From a virus (lineage: Duplodnaviria; Caudoviricetes): a stretch of 47,384 bases of DNA. A program made the position numbers and the translations under genes. The notes below the pieces were generated by a model. The model saw nothing but the letters and a program-made list of their open reading frames with translations. It was not told the DNA's origin and made no database searches. The stretch spans positions 1-47,384 of the IMG/VR virus record IMGVR_UViG_3300006805_000044, one strand, 5' to 3'. Of this stretch, positions 8,801 through 18,178 are shown in pieces; within the stretch, counting starts at the first letter, position 1, and each line of letters opens with the position of its first letter.

Positions 8801-11800
8801 CCCAACGAACCGACCCACCCGCCAGTCACGAAACCTTCATCCCGCAAGGATCGGTCAACAAAGGCCGCAGCTTCTGACCAAGATCATCGCCAGCGTCGCT
8901 CTGCAGAATCAACGGGTACATCGACGACCGACGTGCGATCCACTGTCGACGCGATAACTCGTACGTGGCGCAACGCCCCGCGCGTCACCGTATACGATAG
9001 CCCGTCCGATGCGCCAGTGAGACTTGACGACGACGCAGCAGGCGCCTACGTCAACGGTGAAGTGTACTTGTTCGCGAATAACCTCGCTAACACTGAGCAT
9101 GCACAGTTCGTGTTGCTGCACGAAACGCTTGGCCACCATGGATTGATCGGAACGCTAGGTCCGAAGCTGCGGCCGATGATGCGAACTGTGTACGCGACGA
9201 ATAAGAGCGTGCGCGAGGCTGCACAGAAGTGGATGCGCGAGAACGATTCGACAGACGTTGAGCTGGCTACTGAGGAAGCGCTGGCCGACATGGCCGCGAC
9301 GGACATTGTGAAGCTATCCGGATGGAAGCGACTCGTCGCCTCCGTGCGCGATGCGCTGCGTCGTGCCGGCTTCACGCTGGAAATGTCGGATACGGATATT
9401 GCGGCGCTGTTGTCGCGGTCGGTGCGGTCGGTGACCCATGGTGGCGACAGCAGCGTGCGCACGGTGGCGAAGTACAGCAAATCCCGCCACGACCAGACCG
9501 ACACGCCTGAGTTTCGTCGTTGGTTTAAAGACAGCAAGGTCGTTGACGAGAACGGCGAGCCGCTGGTGGTGTATCACGGAACTTGGTCTCCCGCTGATTT
9601 CAACACGTTCAACACCGAAGGCGGCGTGTTTTTTGCGGAGTCTCCCGAGGTAGCTGGCACGTATACGGTGGCGCGCGAATCACAGCTTACGAGCAAGAAA
9701 GAAGAACGCGAATATGCTAAAGCGGCAAATCCGCGCATCATGCCTGCGTATCTGAATATAAAGCGCCCACTGGATTGGTCTGCGCTTGACGCGGAAGCAT
9801 CCGCATACCCTGTTGGAGGCAATGTTACTGCCGAAGCTAGAAACCAAGCTACACGGAGGATTCTTGGCGTTAACACGGCGAAGGAACTATCCGATGCCAT
9901 TGACAACATGCCTAAAAAGCACTGGGCATGGGATGAAATGTCCAGGGGAAGTCCAGAAGATTTTGTTGAGCGGTACTTTTTCGGGATTTTTGATGAGAAG
10001 GGCGCTGGTAGATTCCCGGCTGCGTTGCTCGGAGGGCAGTACAAGGAGCGCGTTTCCCAAGAAGTAAAGGGGTTACTGGAAGCCATTGGTTACGATGGCG
10101 TCGTGATGAACGACTATACATCCTCGTTCAGCCAGGACCTTCGTGAGCAAGGGCGTGTATGGGTAGCCTTCCGCCCCGAGCAGATCAAGTCCGCCACCGG
10201 CAATACTGGCGCGTTCGATCCTGCGAATCCTGATATTCGATACAGTAAGGCAAGCCGCGACAAGACCGGAACGCAAGAATTCAAGAGATGGTTTGGTGGC
10301 AGCAAGGTGGTCGACGAGAATGGCGAGCCGTTGGTGGTGTATCACGGCACGGACTCGGCTCCGTTTTATGTGTTCGATCGAGCAAAGACCAAAGGAGGTC
10401 CGTCGAAGTTCGGATTCTGGTTCACCGACCAAGATGAGTTCGCAAAATCATTTGGCGAGCGCGTAGAGTTTGTATTCGTTAGAATTGAAAATCCTAACCA
10501 AATTAGCCTTTCGCAATGGAATGATATTCGCGACAAACACGCCAAGGATGGAGCTTGGTTTGAGGCGTGGCGCGACAGACTTATTTCCGATGGGTACGAT
10601 GGCCTTGTCGTGAAAGGTGGTACAGATAAGGTTGGAAGATTTACCGTAGAAAACCCGAACGTCTATGCAGCGTTTAACTCGAACCAGATAAAGTCTGCAA
10701 CTGGAAACACTGGAGAATTCGACCCGTCGAACCCAGACATCCGCTACAGCAAAGCCGCCGCCAAGCAGCTAGGCGTCTCCGCGCCAGCGCCGACAGCGGC
10801 CCCGCAGGCATTCGAGAACTTCACGCTGCCGACGATAGGCTGGCGAACCGCATGGGCGCAGGCGCAAGGCAACGCTGTTCATCGCCTTTACGAGGCCATC
10901 AAAGGCGGCAAGCGATTCCTTAAGGTACACGCCGTCGACACGCTCGATCCTATGGCCACTGTCGAGGGCGCCGTCAAGCAGCTTGGCACGTACGACAGAG
11001 GAACCATGAACACCTACCAGCGCGCCGAGTTGTTTCACGGCCGTGCGGGGCAACGCATTCGCGATTTCTGGAACGAGCGTGTCGAGCCATTGGCTATAGA
11101 CGTTGCTCGATCTAACGTCACGCTGGATGATCTTGAAAATTTCCTATACGCGAACTTCGCTCCGCGTCGCAATGAGATCATCCGCAACCTGCACGCCGGC
11201 AAGAAAACGGCAGCACAGTTCGCCGACGGAGGCTCCGGCATGAAAGATGCCGAGGCCGACAAGATCATGGACGATTTCCGCCAGCGTGGCGTATACGACG
11301 AGCTATCCAAGTTCGCTGATCGCGTCTACGACATGAACGCCGAGCGCATAAAGACGTTGCGCGATTCCGGACTGATGTCGCAAGAAGAGGCTGATGAGTG
11401 GTCCGCTGAGCCGCACTACGTACCACTGCGCGGATTCGCCGACGATCGCTATATCGCGTTCAATCGCGCGCCAGCCTCCGGCAAGGGTTTCTCCGTTGGC
11501 GGCAAGGAGTCTCCGATGGCGCGTGGCCGCGCATCTCGCGCAGCCAGTCCTCTAGGCAACGTGATAGCGCAAGCTAGCCTGGCCTATGTCCGTGCAGAGA
11601 AGAACACTGTTGGCCAGTCGCTTCTTTCGGCCGTCATCGCAAACCCGAACAAGAATCTGTGGGAAGTCGCTCAGATCAAAGTTAAGCCGGTTCGCGATAT
11701 GGATACCGGCGAAGTCGTCGAAGATATGTATGGCAACAAGGTATTCCAGTACGAAAAGCCATCTGACCGCTCGCCTGATATCTTCAACGTCAAGGTCGAT

Positions 11801-13540
11801 GGCAAGACCTACGCGATCCGATTCAAGGGACGCGACGGAGAGCTGCTTGCTTCTGGCCTGAAGAATCTCGGCTCGACTCAGCTCGGCCCGATCATGCAAT
11901 TCATTCGCACCGTTGGTCGCTACGTCTCGCTGATGCGAACGGCATGGAACCCTGACTTCATGTTCATGAACTTCGCGCGTGACTTCCAAACCGCGATGGT
12001 GAACCTGTCGGTCGAGCAGAAAAAAGGGTTCGCCAAGAAGGTGAGGAAACTTATCTGGCCTGCGCTGTCAGCAGGATTCCGCGGAGAGGCCGGTATACGC
12101 GAACATCCGCGCCTCGGCCAGTACTACAAAGATTTCCTGCGCGACGGCGGCCGGACGGACTACGTGAATCTACGTGAAGTCGAGGAAATCGCGGGCGACG
12201 TCGCATCGCTGCTGAAGAACCAGAAGCGCTCGATGTACAACCCGATCAAGATTGCGCGTCGCGCATGGGAATTGTTCGAGGCGATGAATACGGCGGTCGA
12301 GAATGCGTCGCGTCTGGCAGCCTACGTGGTCGCGCGCGAGTCCGGAATCACTCGCCCTGACTCCGCTTCGATCGCGAAGAACCTAACGGTGAACTTCAAC
12401 CGCCATGGCACGGCCGGGCCGTTCGTGAACTCGCTGTACAACTTCGCGAATGCGGCCGTGCAGAGTAATGCGCGCTACGCGCAGTTCATTGCCAGAAATC
12501 CGAAGAAAGCCATCATGAAGGTCATCGCCCCGCTTGCACTTCTCGGTTTCGCAACGTCCGTGTTGAATGGATTCACGGGCGGAGATGATGATGACGGTGA
12601 GCCTCGGTGGTCTAAGGTTCCAGATTTCGAGCGAGACCGAAATTTCATTCTCATGGTCGGAAAACACAAGATGAAGATCCCGATGCAGTACACGTACAAC
12701 CTGCCGTTTGTAGCGGGGTCTCGCGTGGCGGACGTCGTGATGGGACGCGCACGTGCAAGCACGGTTACGTCGGCGATAACGCGCGCTTTTTTCAATGCGT
12801 TGAATCCGCTTGGAGATTCTCCAACATGGCTTGGTGTCGCCGCACCGACGCTGCTTGACCCACTTGCGGATGTAGAGACGAACAAGGACTTCACTGGTCG
12901 TCCGTTACGGCCAGAGAACCCGTACGACAAGACCCCTGATCCGGACAGTCAGAAGTCGTTCGAGCGCACTCCGGAGCCGTATAAATGGCTTGCTGAGGGA
13001 TTGAATAGTTCTACTGGCGGGTCGTCTGTGCGATCTGGATACTTCGACGTATCGCCAACCACGATTCAACATTATGTTGACTTCGCACTCGGTGGCGTAG
13101 GGACGTTCATGAACCGAAGCTGGAATGCGACAGCCGGCGCCATCATCAAAGGTGAAGCTCCGCGCGCCGACCAGATCCCGTTTCTGCGTTCTTACTATGG
13201 AAAAGTCAACCAGGATCAGCAGATTCCTACGGACTACTACTCGTGGTCAGGCGATGCCAGAAAGCGCGTTGAGGAAGCGCAGAATGCCGAAGCGGAAGGC
13301 CGCCTGAAGAACGCATCAGACGACTTGCTGCGCGAGCTCAGTGTTGCCGGCGATCTGCAGCGCGTACTCAAGCGCACAGACAGCCAGCTTACCAAGCTCA
13401 AGAAAGCGCGCAAACTGGCCATGGCGGAAGGCGACGATGAACGGAAAGACGCCGTTACGGCGGAGATCCGCGCCGTCCAGGCAGAGTTCAACCGCGCCTA
13501 CGTGGAAGCACTCATGTCGATCGACGAGCCGTTGAGGTAG
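5873..13540 (+). CDS. Large polyvalent (probably ejected) protein: GGDEF + zincin metallopeptidase + 2x ART-PolyVal-like + LPD38-like C-terminus
   Basis: 2555 aa. RKGGDEF (GGDEF codons 7850-7864); HETLGHHG...EEALA (from 9119); two '[20 protein letters not shown]...GYDG...[20 protein letters not shown]' repeats; C-terminal '[10 protein letters not shown]...KIP...[16 protein letters not shown]'. Last gene of the ejection module. Confidence 0.85.
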   Translation: MANPVDWSNFKPIDDQPETVPASPVDWAQFKPVDDGLIRPGNIDLNTRPRVKNADGSISTVRSMSIGTDDGEVLIPTVSDDGRIMADDEAIDTYRRTGRQLGVFRTPEAATRYAESLHEQQAKQYAEPDQGGVDWGDYRVVSEPGLLDRSLNYIRDRAQRTRNEIADTEKHIGGLWDRNAGGMVGQIAGGVTRFIGEASKEAPQYLDNLAKDAADYSAVVGQFARPYGAQVALNNAIQGSAQREASIDRTPNDLAKVGINLADQGRYQYEQGVLASKVERPESVFESPLQAAKYYGNEALGSIIPMGIAVAQPEIGLSLIGAQAFGGEYNKRRDEGLSIGEATASGVIHGAAEVIPERLSLGLIRGQVGQALTRVFGDKVAEAVAKNVVARAAAGAAGEGISEAVTQATQDLNDIYLQGDDISREQFLRNLKDAALTGAAMGGPMAGAHAVATRAVEQRDLTQPNAPAINEPPAVAAAIPVPEVVNADPGAIARAMAAPESLEDPASLNAMMAQRMAAAFPEEAATPPDPAAEAAPAPPERQRFDPDSRAALNEPAEIQALVEQDGLTEEQARRVRERLTRPAERDRVTGMYRSEELDRTIQAVQDAAEPGLYVEADFANLGGANAKLGTSTADKLLREFADTVTAELQDAGDIVPIRKGGDEFGFVITGASRDAVESAMNVARAKFNASMTARGHGNIPHPKGGAAGVGFNYGISDIAAGTSIGDILKAADTQVEARKKGAGYEQRTPLETARTGFDTGSGVVRGTGQGGGGGAPAFSASAPAVARAESGEGGGVRPESGGAGDVDGQDRSAPEPIEPTVAELEAMPSQGDRLAARERYYDAIRRRLDVMQRTTPDAATSSPESVRLRQDLARYGRMLGRPTEVAVPPSGISSWAERSGFGRTWDDSTPLHDRPMAAEGLTSYRYRGPLGWIMAAANSHSEALAEAQRSISDPRVKASAENLQIWDGAKYVPATEPNEPTHPPVTKPSSRKDRSTKAAASDQDHRQRRSAESTGTSTTDVRSTVDAITRTWRNAPRVTVYDSPSDAPVRLDDDAAGAYVNGEVYLFANNLANTEHAQFVLLHETLGHHGLIGTLGPKLRPMMRTVYATNKSVREAAQKWMRENDSTDVELATEEALADMAATDIVKLSGWKRLVASVRDALRRAGFTLEMSDTDIAALLSRSVRSVTHGGDSSVRTVAKYSKSRHDQTDTPEFRRWFKDSKVVDENGEPLVVYHGTWSPADFNTFNTEGGVFFAESPEVAGTYTVARESQLTSKKEEREYAKAANPRIMPAYLNIKRPLDWSALDAEASAYPVGGNVTAEARNQATRRILGVNTAKELSDAIDNMPKKHWAWDEMSRGSPEDFVERYFFGIFDEKGAGRFPAALLGGQYKERVSQEVKGLLEAIGYDGVVMNDYTSSFSQDLREQGRVWVAFRPEQIKSATGNTGAFDPANPDIRYSKASRDKTGTQEFKRWFGGSKVVDENGEPLVVYHGTDSAPFYVFDRAKTKGGPSKFGFWFTDQDEFAKSFGERVEFVFVRIENPNQISLSQWNDIRDKHAKDGAWFEAWRDRLISDGYDGLVVKGGTDKVGRFTVENPNVYAAFNSNQIKSATGNTGEFDPSNPDIRYSKAAAKQLGVSAPAPTAAPQAFENFTLPTIGWRTAWAQAQGNAVHRLYEAIKGGKRFLKVHAVDTLDPMATVEGAVKQLGTYDRGTMNTYQRAELFHGRAGQRIRDFWNERVEPLAIDVARSNVTLDDLENFLYANFAPRRNEIIRNLHAGKKTAAQFADGGSGMKDAEADKIMDDFRQRGVYDELSKFADRVYDMNAERIKTLRDSGLMSQEEADEWSAEPHYVPLRGFADDRYIAFNRAPASGKGFSVGGKESPMARGRASRAASPLGNVIAQASLAYVRAEKNTVGQSLLSAVIANPNKNLWEVAQIKVKPVRDMDTGEVVEDMYGNKVFQYEKPSDRSPDIFNVKVDGKTYAIRFKGRDGELLASGLKNLGSTQLGPIMQFIRTVGRYVSLMRTAWNPDFMFMNFARDFQTAMVNLSVEQKKGFAKKVRKLIWPALSAGFRGEAGIREHPRLGQYYKDFLRDGGRTDYVNLREVEEIAGDVASLLKNQKRSMYNPIKIARRAWELFEAMNTAVENASRLAAYVVARESGITRPDSASIAKNLTVNFNRHGTAGPFVNSLYNFANAAVQSNARYAQFIARNPKKAIMKVIAPLALLGFATSVLNGFTGGDDDDGEPRWSKVPDFERDRNFILMVGKHKMKIPMQYTYNLPFVAGSRVADVVMGRARASTVTSAITRAFFNALNPLGDSPTWLGVAAPTLLDPLADVETNKDFTGRPLRPENPYDKTPDPDSQKSFERTPEPYKWLAEGLNSSTGGSSVRSGYFDVSPTTIQHYVDFALGGVGTFMNRSWNATAGAIIKGEAPRADQIPFLRSYYGKVNQDQQIPTDYYSWSGDARKRVEEAQNAEAEGRLKNASDDLLRELSVAGDLQRVLKRTDSQLTKLKKARKLAMAEGDDERKDAVTAEIRAVQAEFNRAYVEALMSIDEPLR
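9532..10347 (+). repeat. Direct repeat at the 5' ends of the two ART cassettes (9532-9579 and 10300-10347)
   Basis: 44 of 48 nt identical; the four differences are synonymous. Confidence 0.9.
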
Positions 13541-14013
13541 GGTTGCGCGTGGTCGGCTCCGATCGTTGATCCTGGCGCGATTGGCTCGGCGGAATCTACG
13601 CCGAGGCCGCAGTCGATGGACACCATGTTCGTGATCTCGACGGCACGGCGCGCGTCAGCTCCGGCTAGCATTGCGCCCAACGCGAAGTCGCGGCCGGAGC
13701 CCCAGGCGGCGGGAACTGACTCCGATGGAATGGCGACCGGCAGGCCCTCGTAGTAGAAAACTACGCCGCCCGGCTTGACCACGACGAGGCGAGCCCAATC
13801 GTCACTGGATTTCTGGCACTCCGGATACTGCGAGGTGTCGGCGCCTGCGATATACCAGTCGCGCATCACCAGGACAGCGGCGAGCGTTCCGGTGCCAGCG
13901 AGTAGCGTTCCGTCGTCGAGGCGGAATAGCTTCGTCGCGGCGAATTTTCCTCCGCAGTTTGTGCCTTGCCGATCCGCCGCCAGCGTCTTACCGTCCCATG
14001 CTATGACTGTCAT
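13498..14013 (-). CDS. Ntn-hydrolase (HslV/proteasome-beta-like) peptidase
   Basis: Likely start ATG 14013 (ATGA-coupled) gives M-T1[16 protein letters not shown]...KLF...AGTG...AWGSG.DFALGAM...A.RAV, the N-terminal Thr nucleophile fold signature. Confidence 0.75.
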   Translation of the reverse strand: MTVIAWDGKTLAADRQGTNCGGKFAATKLFRLDDGTLLAGTGTLAAVLVMRDWYIAGADTSQYPECQKSSDDWARLVVVKPGGVVFYYEGLPVAIPSESVPAAWGSGRDFALGAMLAGADARRAVEITNMVSIDCGLGVDSAEPIAPGSTIGADHAQPYLNGSSIDMSAST

Positions 14014-14177
14014 TGTGTCGTCGGACCTGTTTTGATTTCCGTACCGTCTGCGAGAATGCGGATTCTGTCGCACCAGATGCAGCCAGCGTTCTGCGCTACC
14101 ACCGCTTCTTCGGCGCGTAGCGAGCACCTCGGCGGACCTTGGCATATCGTGATGATGGTTTCGTCTTCGTCGTTCAT
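14010..14177 (-). CDS. Small Cys-rich hypothetical protein (55 aa; not in ORF track)
   Basis: MNDEDETIITICQGPPRCSL...GCIWCDRI...; ATGA overlaps with both neighbours. Confidence 0.6.
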   Translation of the reverse strand: MNDEDETIITICQGPPRCSLRAEEAVVAQNAGCIWCDRIRILADGTEIKTGPTTQ

Positions 14178-14641
14178 TTCCGCAAATGCTCCGGCGTGGC
14201 GGCGATGGCTTCACGCATAGTATCGAAAATCAGTGTTTCCAGACCAGCAACAGCCACAACATCTATGGCTGCGGAATACAACCTCCCCACACACTCCCGC
14301 GCCTCGTCTCGTTGCAGGACACACTGGCCTAGGCGGTGAGAGAGTTTTTCGCGCTCTTGGCGCGCCTCGTCGCGCTCGGACTCGGCCTTTTCAAGCGCGT
14401 CCGTGAGCTGCTGATTCGCGTCACGCTCGGACGCCAGCGCCTCTGGCTTGGACTGCCGCTGAAGTTCGTGCGCTTGCCGCAGTTGGCCGCTGGCCATCTC
14501 GTTCTTTGCCCAGTGCAGCGTTCTCACTGCCGAAGCCTGCCGCGCGATGGCCGCCCGCAGCTCCGCAATCTCCGCGTCCTTGGTTGAAATCTGTTCCTGC
14601 AGCAAATCTCGCTGATGCTTGTACTCGTCGGCGACGCTCAT
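14174..14641 (-). CDS. Coiled-coil hypothetical protein
   Basis: Start MSVADEY with GGAGG RBS; heptad-rich, with ERDEAR repeats. Confidence 0.6.
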   Translation of the reverse strand: MSVADEYKHQRDLLQEQISTKDAEIAELRAAIARQASAVRTLHWAKNEMASGQLRQAHELQRQSKPEALASERDANQQLTDALEKAESERDEARQEREKLSHRLGQCVLQRDEARECVGRLYSAAIDVVAVAGLETLIFDTMREAIAATPEHLRK

Positions 14642-14754
14642 GCCTCCATCCTCTTGCGGTAGTAACCAAACACGTAACAACGTCCGTAGTGCTCGTGTAT
14701 CCCGAAGAATGCGAATCCCTGCGCAGCTCGCCACTTGCGGCCGTGTGTTTTCAT
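14638..14754 (-). CDS. Small hypothetical protein (38 aa; not in ORF track)
   Basis: MKTHGRKWRAAQGFAFFGIHEHYGRCYVFGYYRKRMEA; ATGA-coupled at both ends. Confidence 0.45.
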   Translation of the reverse strand: MKTHGRKWRAAQGFAFFGIHEHYGRCYVFGYYRKRMEA

Positions 14755-15338
14755 GGTTTTGAATTCCTCGCCAGCTTTATCAGTTCATCGCGGAATGCTG
14801 CAGGTGTCGCACTGGATTTTTTGCCGCTGATTGTCGGCTTGTTTCTTTCCTTTCCCCGCTGATCGTGGAATCCAATTTGGTGCGTTGCTTCCGGGCGAGC
14901 CCAGTTCAGTTCGTGCGGCTCTTGTCCCTTGTATAGCAGCCATGTCCTCTTGCGCGCTAAGTGACCGTATGCCGACTGCCAGACTTCGCACACGTACTCA
15001 TCGTTCCCTGCCACTTGCCAGCCGATACCAACGGGCCGTAACAAGCCGTTGGCTTCCCATGCGTCAGTGAATGCAGGGTGCTCAAGCACTCCGCCGCAAC
15101 GGCGAACGCTGGCGAGTTCCGATGCGAAGCATCCGCCGTCATTGCCTGGGCGGTTATGCTCGCCGCCCCACCGCTTGAAATTTACGTGCGCAAATCGTCC
15201 CCATAACTGACAAGGTGGGTGAGCAACGACTGTGTTGAATCCGCAATACAGCCGGGCATCACGCGTCTTGTCCCACGGATCTACGTCGGGAAGTCCGAAA
15301 TAACAACCGCCCGACTCAACGAACAGTGCGGCAATCAC
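14751..15338 (-). CDS. Short C5-cytosine DNA methyltransferase-like protein
   Basis: VVAHPPC (motif IV), VLEHP (motif VI-like), Q..YGH.ARKRTW (motif VIII-like), TP..F (motif X-like); GTGA-coupled start; no canonical FxGxG. Confidence 0.6.
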   Translation of the reverse strand: MIAALFVESGGCYFGLPDVDPWDKTRDARLYCGFNTVVAHPPCQLWGRFAHVNFKRWGGEHNRPGNDGGCFASELASVRRCGGVLEHPAFTDAWEANGLLRPVGIGWQVAGNDEYVCEVWQSAYGHLARKRTWLLYKGQEPHELNWARPEATHQIGFHDQRGKERNKPTISGKKSSATPAAFRDELIKLARNSKP

Positions 15339-15556
15339 CCCTTCCTCCCGCAAGCCTCGGCGAGTGTTGCGCCGGTGTGAAACCCATTAGATCCCGACAG
15401 CAAGCGCTCCGATGCGCGTATCGCCGCCGCCTCCACCTTCCTCAGCCGCTCCACCTCGCGCTCTAGGGCGGTGTAGTCGGAGTGGTGAATCCACGCGCCT
15501 TCCGGCCACACTTCCATAGCAAGGCCGACTCTGCAGTACCGCTTCACCTCAGCCAT
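15335..15556 (-). CDS. Hypothetical protein
   Basis: GAGG RBS; in the coupled leftward array. Confidence 0.55.
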   Translation of the reverse strand: MAEVKRYCRVGLAMEVWPEGAWIHHSDYTALEREVERLRKVEAAAIRASERLLSGSNGFHTGATLAEACGRKG

Positions 15557-15571
15557 TGTCGGAGTCCTCAG

Positions 15572-15970
15572 TTATCGGCAATTTGCGGCGCTTGATTGCT
15601 GAGAGGTCGCGGCCTTCGCGCAACTCGAACTGCTATGCGCAAGATGGAACACGTCTTTCGGCGTCGCATTTCTCTGCGCGACCTCATCGGCGAATCGCAG
15701 GCCTAGCACTTCCATGATCTCGTACAGCGCAGCGAGCGCGCGCATTTCGACGATTCGCTCAGCCGCGACCGCTGGCGCCGCAGGCCTTGGGATGATCCGA
15801 GTTACGGCGGCTAGGACGTGCGCCACCTCGTCCGCGTGTATTGCATTGCTGCGATCGAGACGATGCGAAAGTTCGCGGATGACGTGCTTCGCCGAACCTT
15901 GCGGTTCTTCGTTGTACGTCAGGTTGCTGGCGACACCGAGCGCTTTCAATATCAATTCGCTGTTATTCAT
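15572..15970 (-). CDS. Hypothetical protein
   Basis: 132-aa ORF filling the leftward array; AGGA upstream. Confidence 0.5.
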   Translation of the reverse strand: MNNSELILKALGVASNLTYNEEPQGSAKHVIRELSHRLDRSNAIHADEVAHVLAAVTRIIPRPAAPAVAAERIVEMRALAALYEIMEVLGLRFADEVAQRNATPKDVFHLAHSSSSCAKAATSQQSSAANCR

Positions 15971-15998
15971 GATTTCATCTTTTTCCTGTAGTGAAGTT

Positions 15999-16208
15999 TC
16001 ATCTAGCGGAGTCCTTCAAGAACTTTGCCATACTGACGCCATCGACTCGGTTGCTGATTTCCTGCGTCGTAGTGAGGCCAAGCCATAGCCTGACGCGCTC
16101 ACCGAGCGTCAGCCAGTGCGGCTGACAATAGCTCGTGTGCAGGAGCGGGCCGTCGATGTGATCCCACTGGATGTACGCCGGTTCGATTTTCTCGATGCTT
16201 ACTGGCAT
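15999..16208 (-). CDS. Hypothetical protein
   Basis: Start MPVSIEK with GGGGAG RBS. Confidence 0.5.
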   Translation of the reverse strand: MPVSIEKIEPAYIQWDHIDGPLLHTSYCQPHWLTLGERVRLWLGLTTTQEISNRVDGVSMAKFLKDSAR

Positions 16209-16209
16209 T

Positions 16210-16428
16210 TCACTCCCCCTCTGCGTGGATGATGGTGGCAGTGGCTGTATCGTTTCTCCACTGATCAATAGACACGCCGATATGCGGAACTGGCGCGTCT
16301 CGGGTCAGAACCATGACGCTGATGATCCGGAGTTCGGGGTGTTTGTCGTCGTGATACACGCGCACAAATGTGCCGTGCTGCTCGATGATGTCACCAACCC
16401 TCGGCTCCACCCTCGGATCACGCGCCAT
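16210..16428 (-). CDS. Hypothetical protein
   Basis: MARDPRVEPRVGDII; GGAGG RBS; overlaps the upstream gene. Confidence 0.55.
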   Translation of the reverse strand: MARDPRVEPRVGDIIEQHGTFVRVYHDDKHPELRIISVMVLTRDAPVPHIGVSIDQWRNDTATATIIHAEGE

Positions 16429-16612
16429 CTCCCACCTCCGTCACTTTGACGCGGATGCAGCGGTAGCCGGCCAGCGTCGCACTATCGCGAGTCCATCCAT
16501 AAAGAATCTCGCTCACTGCCCACGCGTGAGCTTCTGAGTCGCCGACGCACATGACATCGTCATCGCCATTCACCGCCCACATGATCGCGCTTGGCGCCTC
16601 GTGCTCAGACAT
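16418..16612 (-). CDS. Hypothetical protein
   Basis: Start MSEHEAP lies within the 19-bp junction repeat, which carries GGAG. Confidence 0.55.
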   Translation of the reverse strand: MSEHEAPSAIMWAVNGDDDVMCVGDSEAHAWAVSEILYGWTRDSATLAGYRCIRVKVTEVGDGA

Positions 16613-16940
16613 GGGGAGGCTCCCGCATTGCGGCGGCGGCGCGTACGATGACTCTGCGCGTTGCCGCAAGCCTGTCTCCTCCATCCTCGGCCACGCCTTC
16701 GCCCATCCAGTCCCACGCGTACTGCTTGTGCTTCGCAATCACTGCGAGCTCTACGTGATAGATAGTCAGCCGTAGATGCGCCGCGAGGCGAAAAGCGTCG
16801 CCGTCATCGCGCAGCGGATTCCAATACAGCGATTTCGCCTCGCGAGACGTTAGGCAAAGGGCGTCGCCGCACCCGTTGTGCAGTTCGTATTCAATGCCTG
16901 CTGCTGCGGCGGCAGCCTTCAGTAGTTCGAGGTCAGACAT
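16605..16940 (-). CDS. Conserved phage hypothetical protein
   Basis: 'DLELLKAAA.AAG...WNPLRDDGDAFRLA..LRL...ATRRVIVRAAA' is a pattern recurrent in proteobacterial phages. Confidence 0.65.
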   Translation of the reverse strand: MSDLELLKAAAAAAGIEYELHNGCGDALCLTSREAKSLYWNPLRDDGDAFRLAAHLRLTIYHVELAVIAKHKQYAWDWMGEGVAEDGGDRLAATRRVIVRAAAAMREPPHV

Positions 16941-16951
16941 GGGGAGGCTCC
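16605..16951. repeat. 19-bp direct repeat TCAGACATGGGGAGGCTCC (16605-16623, 16933-16951) at consecutive gene junctions
   Basis: Exact copies; the minus strand reads GGAG-cctcccc-ATG-TC-TGA (RBS, start codon, upstream stop). Confidence 0.9.
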
Positions 16952-17451
16952 GGGGATGCGGACCAATGCGTTACAGAGTTCGGCTCGGCGTCGTTGCCGT
17001 AGCCGACCGACCAGACCTGGCGCAGCCGATCCCATCGCGCAGTGAAAGTCCGCGGCAGCCAAAACGTCATTTGCGGTGAATAGAGCAGCACTTCGCGGCC
17101 GTCATTCGGCGCCGTCCCGATCGGCTTCCACTGCTGCACAGCCGCCATGCCGGAGAGGCGGGCGGCGAGGGCGTCGCGCTCAGCTACCGCCGACTTCCAT
17201 CGCTGGATTGCTAGATCACGAATCTGCTCAGACTCTCTGGCGACCCTGAATGCGCTGTGCTCGAACGCAGTTCCGGACTTGCGTCCTGCCCATATTCGGA
17301 GATCTGACGCGATCGATTCGGCGATCCTTTGCTGCTCATTCCAAGCGCCGCGAACAAGCGCCGATTCCTCGGCCTCCTGCGAGCGTTTCAACGCCTTCCG
17401 CAATTCATCGTTCTCCGCGCACAACTGCTCTGCGGTCATGTGGTCAGCCAT
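16933..17451 (-). CDS. Coiled-coil plus DUF551-like protein
   Basis: C-terminal 'WKPIGTAPNDGREVLL...VTHW...PEPP'. Confidence 0.65.
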   Translation of the reverse strand: MADHMTAEQLCAENDELRKALKRSQEAEESALVRGAWNEQQRIAESIASDLRIWAGRKSGTAFEHSAFRVARESEQIRDLAIQRWKSAVAERDALAARLSGMAAVQQWKPIGTAPNDGREVLLYSPQMTFWLPRTFTARWDRLRQVWSVGYGNDAEPNSVTHWSASPEPPHV

Positions 17452-17623
17452 TGCTCGCGTCCTCGATCAGCGCCTCGCGCGGCGTGTAGCCATCCTCACG
17501 AAAGCTGTCCCAGCAATCCTCGAACGCGAAGCGCACGATCTTGGCGACCTTGTATCGGCGGTAGCCGTAGCCGTACACGAACAGCCAGAATGCGAGGCGG
17601 ATTTTCCAGATTGCCTTACCCAT
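17444..17623 (-). CDS. Small hypothetical protein (59 aa; not in ORF track)
   Basis: MGKAIWKIRLAFWLF...FREDGYTPREALIED; overlaps both neighbours; GGAG upstream. Confidence 0.55.
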   Translation of the reverse strand: MGKAIWKIRLAFWLFVYGYGYRRYKVAKIVRFAFEDCWDSFREDGYTPREALIEDASNG

Positions 17624-17831
17624 CGCTGCGGTCTCCCGTGGTTGCGCGACGTGTCATGGCTTCGGTGCCGATTGCGATGCGGATTTCGCGCGATGTCCAA
17701 AATCCGAAGCGATGCGGGCGCCCTGTCGTTACGCAGTTGTTCTGCCCGAATGGGCGCTTCTCAACGATGCGCCATTCACGGCCGAGCTGGTCAAGCCATC
17801 GCGTATCCATCGTCAATGGCTCGGCCTTCAC
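17616..17831 (-). CDS. Hypothetical protein
   Basis: GTGA-coupled ORF in the array. Confidence 0.45.
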   Translation of the reverse strand: MKAEPLTMDTRWLDQLGREWRIVEKRPFGQNNCVTTGRPHRFGFWTSREIRIAIGTEAMTRRATTGDRSDG

Positions 17832-18178
17832 GACTCACCACCAGTCGCGCGAGGGGCGCGAGGCATCACGCTGAGGTCGATACAGCTGCCGTTTCCGACC
17901 TTGATGAGCCACGCCCGGCGGCCGTGCGGCTTCTCGTCGGGGCCAAGCACCGTAACCGCGCTGCCGAACATCGCGCTCATGCACGTGTCGGCGTAACTCG
18001 CGATGGCTTGCATCAGCTGTTCTGCTGGCACCGCTTCATCGGTCCATGGGGTTGCCAGCAGGTCCATGTCTCGCTCTACGCTGCCATGAATCGAGAGCGC
18101 ATAGCCGTGGCGCCGCGCAATGTCCGTGAGCATCGGGTAGAACGCGACGTATGCGGGCGCGAACGTTGAAGGCTTCAT
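17828..18178 (-). CDS. Minimal Pol-beta-superfamily nucleotidyltransferase-like protein
   Basis: Start MKPSTFAP (ATGA-coupled); 'ALSIHGSVERDMDLL' (hGS..DhD) plus a third Asp in 'CIDLSV'. Confidence 0.6.
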   Translation of the reverse strand: MKPSTFAPAYVAFYPMLTDIARRHGYALSIHGSVERDMDLLATPWTDEAVPAEQLMQAIASYADTCMSAMFGSAVTVLGPDEKPHGRRAWLIKVGNGSCIDLSVMPRAPRATGGES

